DNA of 37,254 nt from Nanobdellota archaeon (lineage in GTDB: Archaea; Nanobdellota; Nanobdellia; Woesearchaeales; GW2011-AR9), in contig JBBSWG010000069.1 in assembly GCA_038046425.1 (NCBI GenBank), positions 1 to 37,254 on the forward strand, given 5' to 3'. The notes under the pieces were generated by a model. That model did no database searches. It was not told the DNA's origin and worked only from the letters and a program-made list of their open reading frames with translations. The position numbers were made by a program, and so were the translations under genes. This document shows, piece after piece, positions 34,805 to 37,254 of this stretch. Every line of letters begins with the position of its first letter. Within the stretch, counting starts at the first letter, position 1.

Positions 34805-36385
34805 CTATTCTTTCAACAGAATCTCAATTATTTTCGCATACGCCGGCCTGGCTATCAACACCCCAAAGGTCAGGCCGGCAATGGTAGTGAAAGCGAAACC
34901 CTTTAACAGGCCGGCACCGGCAAACCATAACGGCACCATGCCAGAAGAGGTCGTTAAATAAGCGCCAATGATGATGGCCATGGCATTCTTGATCTTGCGT
35001 TTCCAGTCACCGATCGTCTCGCCCTTCAAGGTTTCATCCGTGATAACAATGAGATGATCAACTCCTGTTCCCGTCATGACGATAATCCCGGCGATCGCCG
35101 CTAAATCCAGATTCCAGCGCACTAACGCGGCAAAACCTAAGAGCAGGACAATTTCAGCGATCAACGTCAAGGCCATGGGCAACACAATCCTGGGATGGCG
35201 ATAGCGCACCAGCACGACGACAATGACCGCTATCAAAGCGATGCCGCCAACCAGGAAAATGTTACTGACGAATTCCCGGCCCAGGGAAGGCGAGATCGTG
35301 TCTAATTTCACAACATTGAGCTTAGTGGGCAGGCTGCCGGTAATAATGATAGTCTGCAACCGTTTCATGTTCTGTAAGGTGTTGGTGACTGCTTCCGCTT
35401 GCGTTGCCCCCGTTCCTGAACCAGAGATCTGGATGCTCGTGGTTGCCCGTCCTTTCAGCTCGGCTCCGATACGCAGCTTATCCACTTCTTTGTCATCCAG
35501 GAACATGTATAAATCCTGGCTCAGGTAGCCCTCACCCCCCTCTCGGATAACGGTAAGCGGTTTAGTCAGTTCAGCTTGACGATCGGCTGCTTCTGGACTC
35601 AAAGTAATGGTAAAGAAGAAACTGCAGGCATAGCCTTCTCCAGCCGGGCCGCAACCCCGCCGGGGATCAATTCCCGCGCAGTCTGCACTTCGACAGACAT
35701 AGGTAATGTCTTTCTTTCCGCCAAAGAAAACGGTTTCGTTACCGATTTTTGCTTCAAACTTACCCTGGCTGGCCAGTAGTTGCTTAACTTCTTCTTCCGT
35801 AACACCCGCAATCTCAATCAGGATGAATTTTTCACCCGAAAGGTCAGCTGCTGCTCTTACGACGACATCACTTAACCCATACACATTTAGCCGCTGCTGC
35901 AGGCTGGCAATAGTGATGTCTAAATCATCATCCGAAATTACCTCAGCGGGCTCTAACAGAACCCTCGTCCCACCTTCAAGATCCAATCCTTTCCGGAGAT
36001 TGGAGAAAGGCGCTTCGGCTAGGCGTAATCCTACGTTAGCGGGCTGTTGAGCGTCCGTATGCAGCGTATAAATACGTTGGTTGGTTTCCAGACGGATGGT
36101 CGTGTTCGGCTTCAGCATCTGGATGATGTTCTCGTAATCAGCAAGGGAACCAATCTTTTCCCCTTCAATGGAGAGGACCCGCTCTTTTTGGATAGGAGTT
36201 AACTTTGGTGAGGGATTAACCACGCCGGCATTAGCCGCCGTAGAATTGCTGAGCACATTACGGATGCTCACCCCTTCACTGCCCTGAATCTGCGGCTGGA
36301 TGGCAATCAAAGCAAAGAGCAGGAAAGCCAGCAGTAACAAGACGCGCCAGTTGGTGAAGATCTCTTTGAGTTTTGTGGTGTTCAT
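34805..36385 (-). CDS. secD: Protein translocase subunit SecD
   Basis: GLDLEGGT, RLNVYGL, GSLP, ISPSLG, GTGVD, LKGFA. Confidence 0.95.
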   Translation of the reverse strand: MNTTKLKEIFTNWRVLLLLAFLLFALIAIQPQIQGSEGVSIRNVLSNSTAANAGVVNPSPKLTPIQKERVLSIEGEKIGSLADYENIIQMLKPNTTIRLETNQRIYTLHTDAQQPANVGLRLAEAPFSNLRKGLDLEGGTRVLLEPAEVISDDDLDITIASLQQRLNVYGLSDVVVRAAADLSGEKFILIEIAGVTEEEVKQLLASQGKFEAKIGNETVFFGGKKDITYVCRSADCAGIDPRRGCGPAGEGYACSFFFTITLSPEAADRQAELTKPLTVIREGGEGYLSQDLYMFLDDKEVDKLRIGAELKGRATTSIQISGSGTGATQAEAVTNTLQNMKRLQTIIITGSLPTKLNVVKLDTISPSLGREFVSNIFLVGGIALIAVIVVVLVRYRHPRIVLPMALTLIAEIVLLLGFAALVRWNLDLAAIAGIIVMTGTGVDHLIVITDETLKGETIGDWKRKIKNAMAIIIGAYLTTSSGMVPLWFAGAGLLKGFAFTTIAGLTFGVLIARPAYAKIIEILLKE

Positions 36386-36461
36386 GGTGGGTCTCGTTTA
36401 TTGATTTCGGTTGGTGGTATTGGTTTTTTGGTATTTGTTTAGCACCATAAGGTCAAAATTC

Positions 36462-37254
36462 CTATTTCTTCCCTTTTCGCTCCAAATAAAGGCGAATAAT
36501 CGCCACATTCTGGATCCAGGTCATGAACATGTCCGCAATGAGACCAATAAACAATATCAGCATGATTTGCTTTACCACTTCATTGTTCACCAGCAGCAGG
36601 GCTACCAGAACTGCCGCTAAAGTGGTCAGGGTCATAGTCAAGCCAGTTTTAATCGAACTGTAGATTTTATCCATGACTAGCCCTTCCCGGCGCAGCACGC
36701 GGTTGGTGAGCAGCAGATCAGTATCAACGGAATAGCCTACTAACATCAGGAACGCGGCAACGCCGGCAGAAGTTAATTTTTCTCCCGTAAGGTTGAATAT
36801 TGCCAGAGTAACTACAATATCGGAAAAGGCCGCGGCAATTACGGCTAAACTAGGCACGGGAATGCGGAAATTGATAAAGACGACGATTCCCATCAGGATA
36901 AAGGCCACGAGTAAAGCCTTTGCGGTCTGCCGGAAGAAGCTCTCTCCCAATGATGAGCCAACGATTTCCACGCTCACTTCCCGAGTGTCAACTTTCTCCT
37001 GCAGCGCGGCGAGCAGAGCTTCAATTTCTTCATTCTGCTGAGCGTCAGAATCTATGGCGATTGCTATTGGGTCGCCCGCTGAGCCAATCGTACGTACTTC
37101 CATCTCGGCTTGAGGAAAACGAGATTGCAGGAATTGTTGAAGTTCCTGGATGCTGCTAGAGGTATCGGTAATGGTGATCGTCGAGCCGCCTTTCAGGGAG
37201 ATGCCTTTATGCACAAAGTCGCCGGTGGTAGCATATTGAATGCCAATCTGCAAC
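36462..37254 (-). CDS. secF: Protein translocase subunit SecF (5' end outside the window)
   Basis: GISLKGG, VGSSLG, GYSVDTDLLLT, DMFMTWIQN; upstream of secD. Confidence 0.95.
   Translation of the reverse strand, partial: LQIGIQYATTGDFVHKGISLKGGSTITITDTSSSIQELQQFLQSRFPQAEMEVRTIGSAGDPIAIAIDSDAQQNEEIEALLAALQEKVDTREVSVEIVGSSLGESFFRQTAKALLVAFILMGIVVFINFRIPVPSLAVIAAAFSDIVVTLAIFNLTGEKLTSAGVAAFLMLVGYSVDTDLLLTNRVLRREGLVMDKIYSSIKTGLTMTLTTLAAVLVALLLVNNEVVKQIMLILFIGLIADMFMTWIQNVAIIRLYLERKGKK

Noticed and set aside
1-37254. CRISPR array, cas genes, integrase, transposase, rRNA
   Set aside because: No regularly spaced repeats or diagnostic motifs were seen. GTTTTGA in the repeat element is only superficially CRISPR-like.

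Overview
Archaeal chromosomal window, most consistent with a DPANN (Woesearchaeota-like) genome. This rests on rpl34e, rpl14e, rpl37ae, rpo12, prefoldin beta, aNAC, rps15, Sec61beta/secG, secD/secF, XPD, archaeal RNase J and trpS, TATA-box promoters and BHB-type tRNA introns. The housekeeping backbone is interrupted by a minus-strand sugar-nucleotide/glycosylation cluster (9.0-17.1 kb) and by several AT-rich inserts. Features missing from the ORF track include: two tRNAs that each carry three introns (Leu-CAA, Pro-TGG); an atypical RNase P RNA; rpo12; secG; a 29-aa membrane peptide; and an alpha/beta-hydrolase pseudogene. The most notable unexplained structures are: (1) a 175-205 nt structured element present twice (7289-7463 +, 30745-30950 -) with compensatory base changes, starting right after a stop codon at both loci; (2) a 4.8-kb integrase-less AT-rich island bounded by a 106-bp duplication of the NUDIX gene 5' end, encoding a probably frameshifted, secreted Cys-rich HExxH protein and two convergent constant-leader/variable-body paralogs; (3) a second 'truncated 5' copy - passenger gene - intact copy' arrangement at 10.4-11.7 kb; (4) several large intergenic hairpin assemblies. 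All calls come from reading the sequence and from family knowledge. No searches or folding programs were run.
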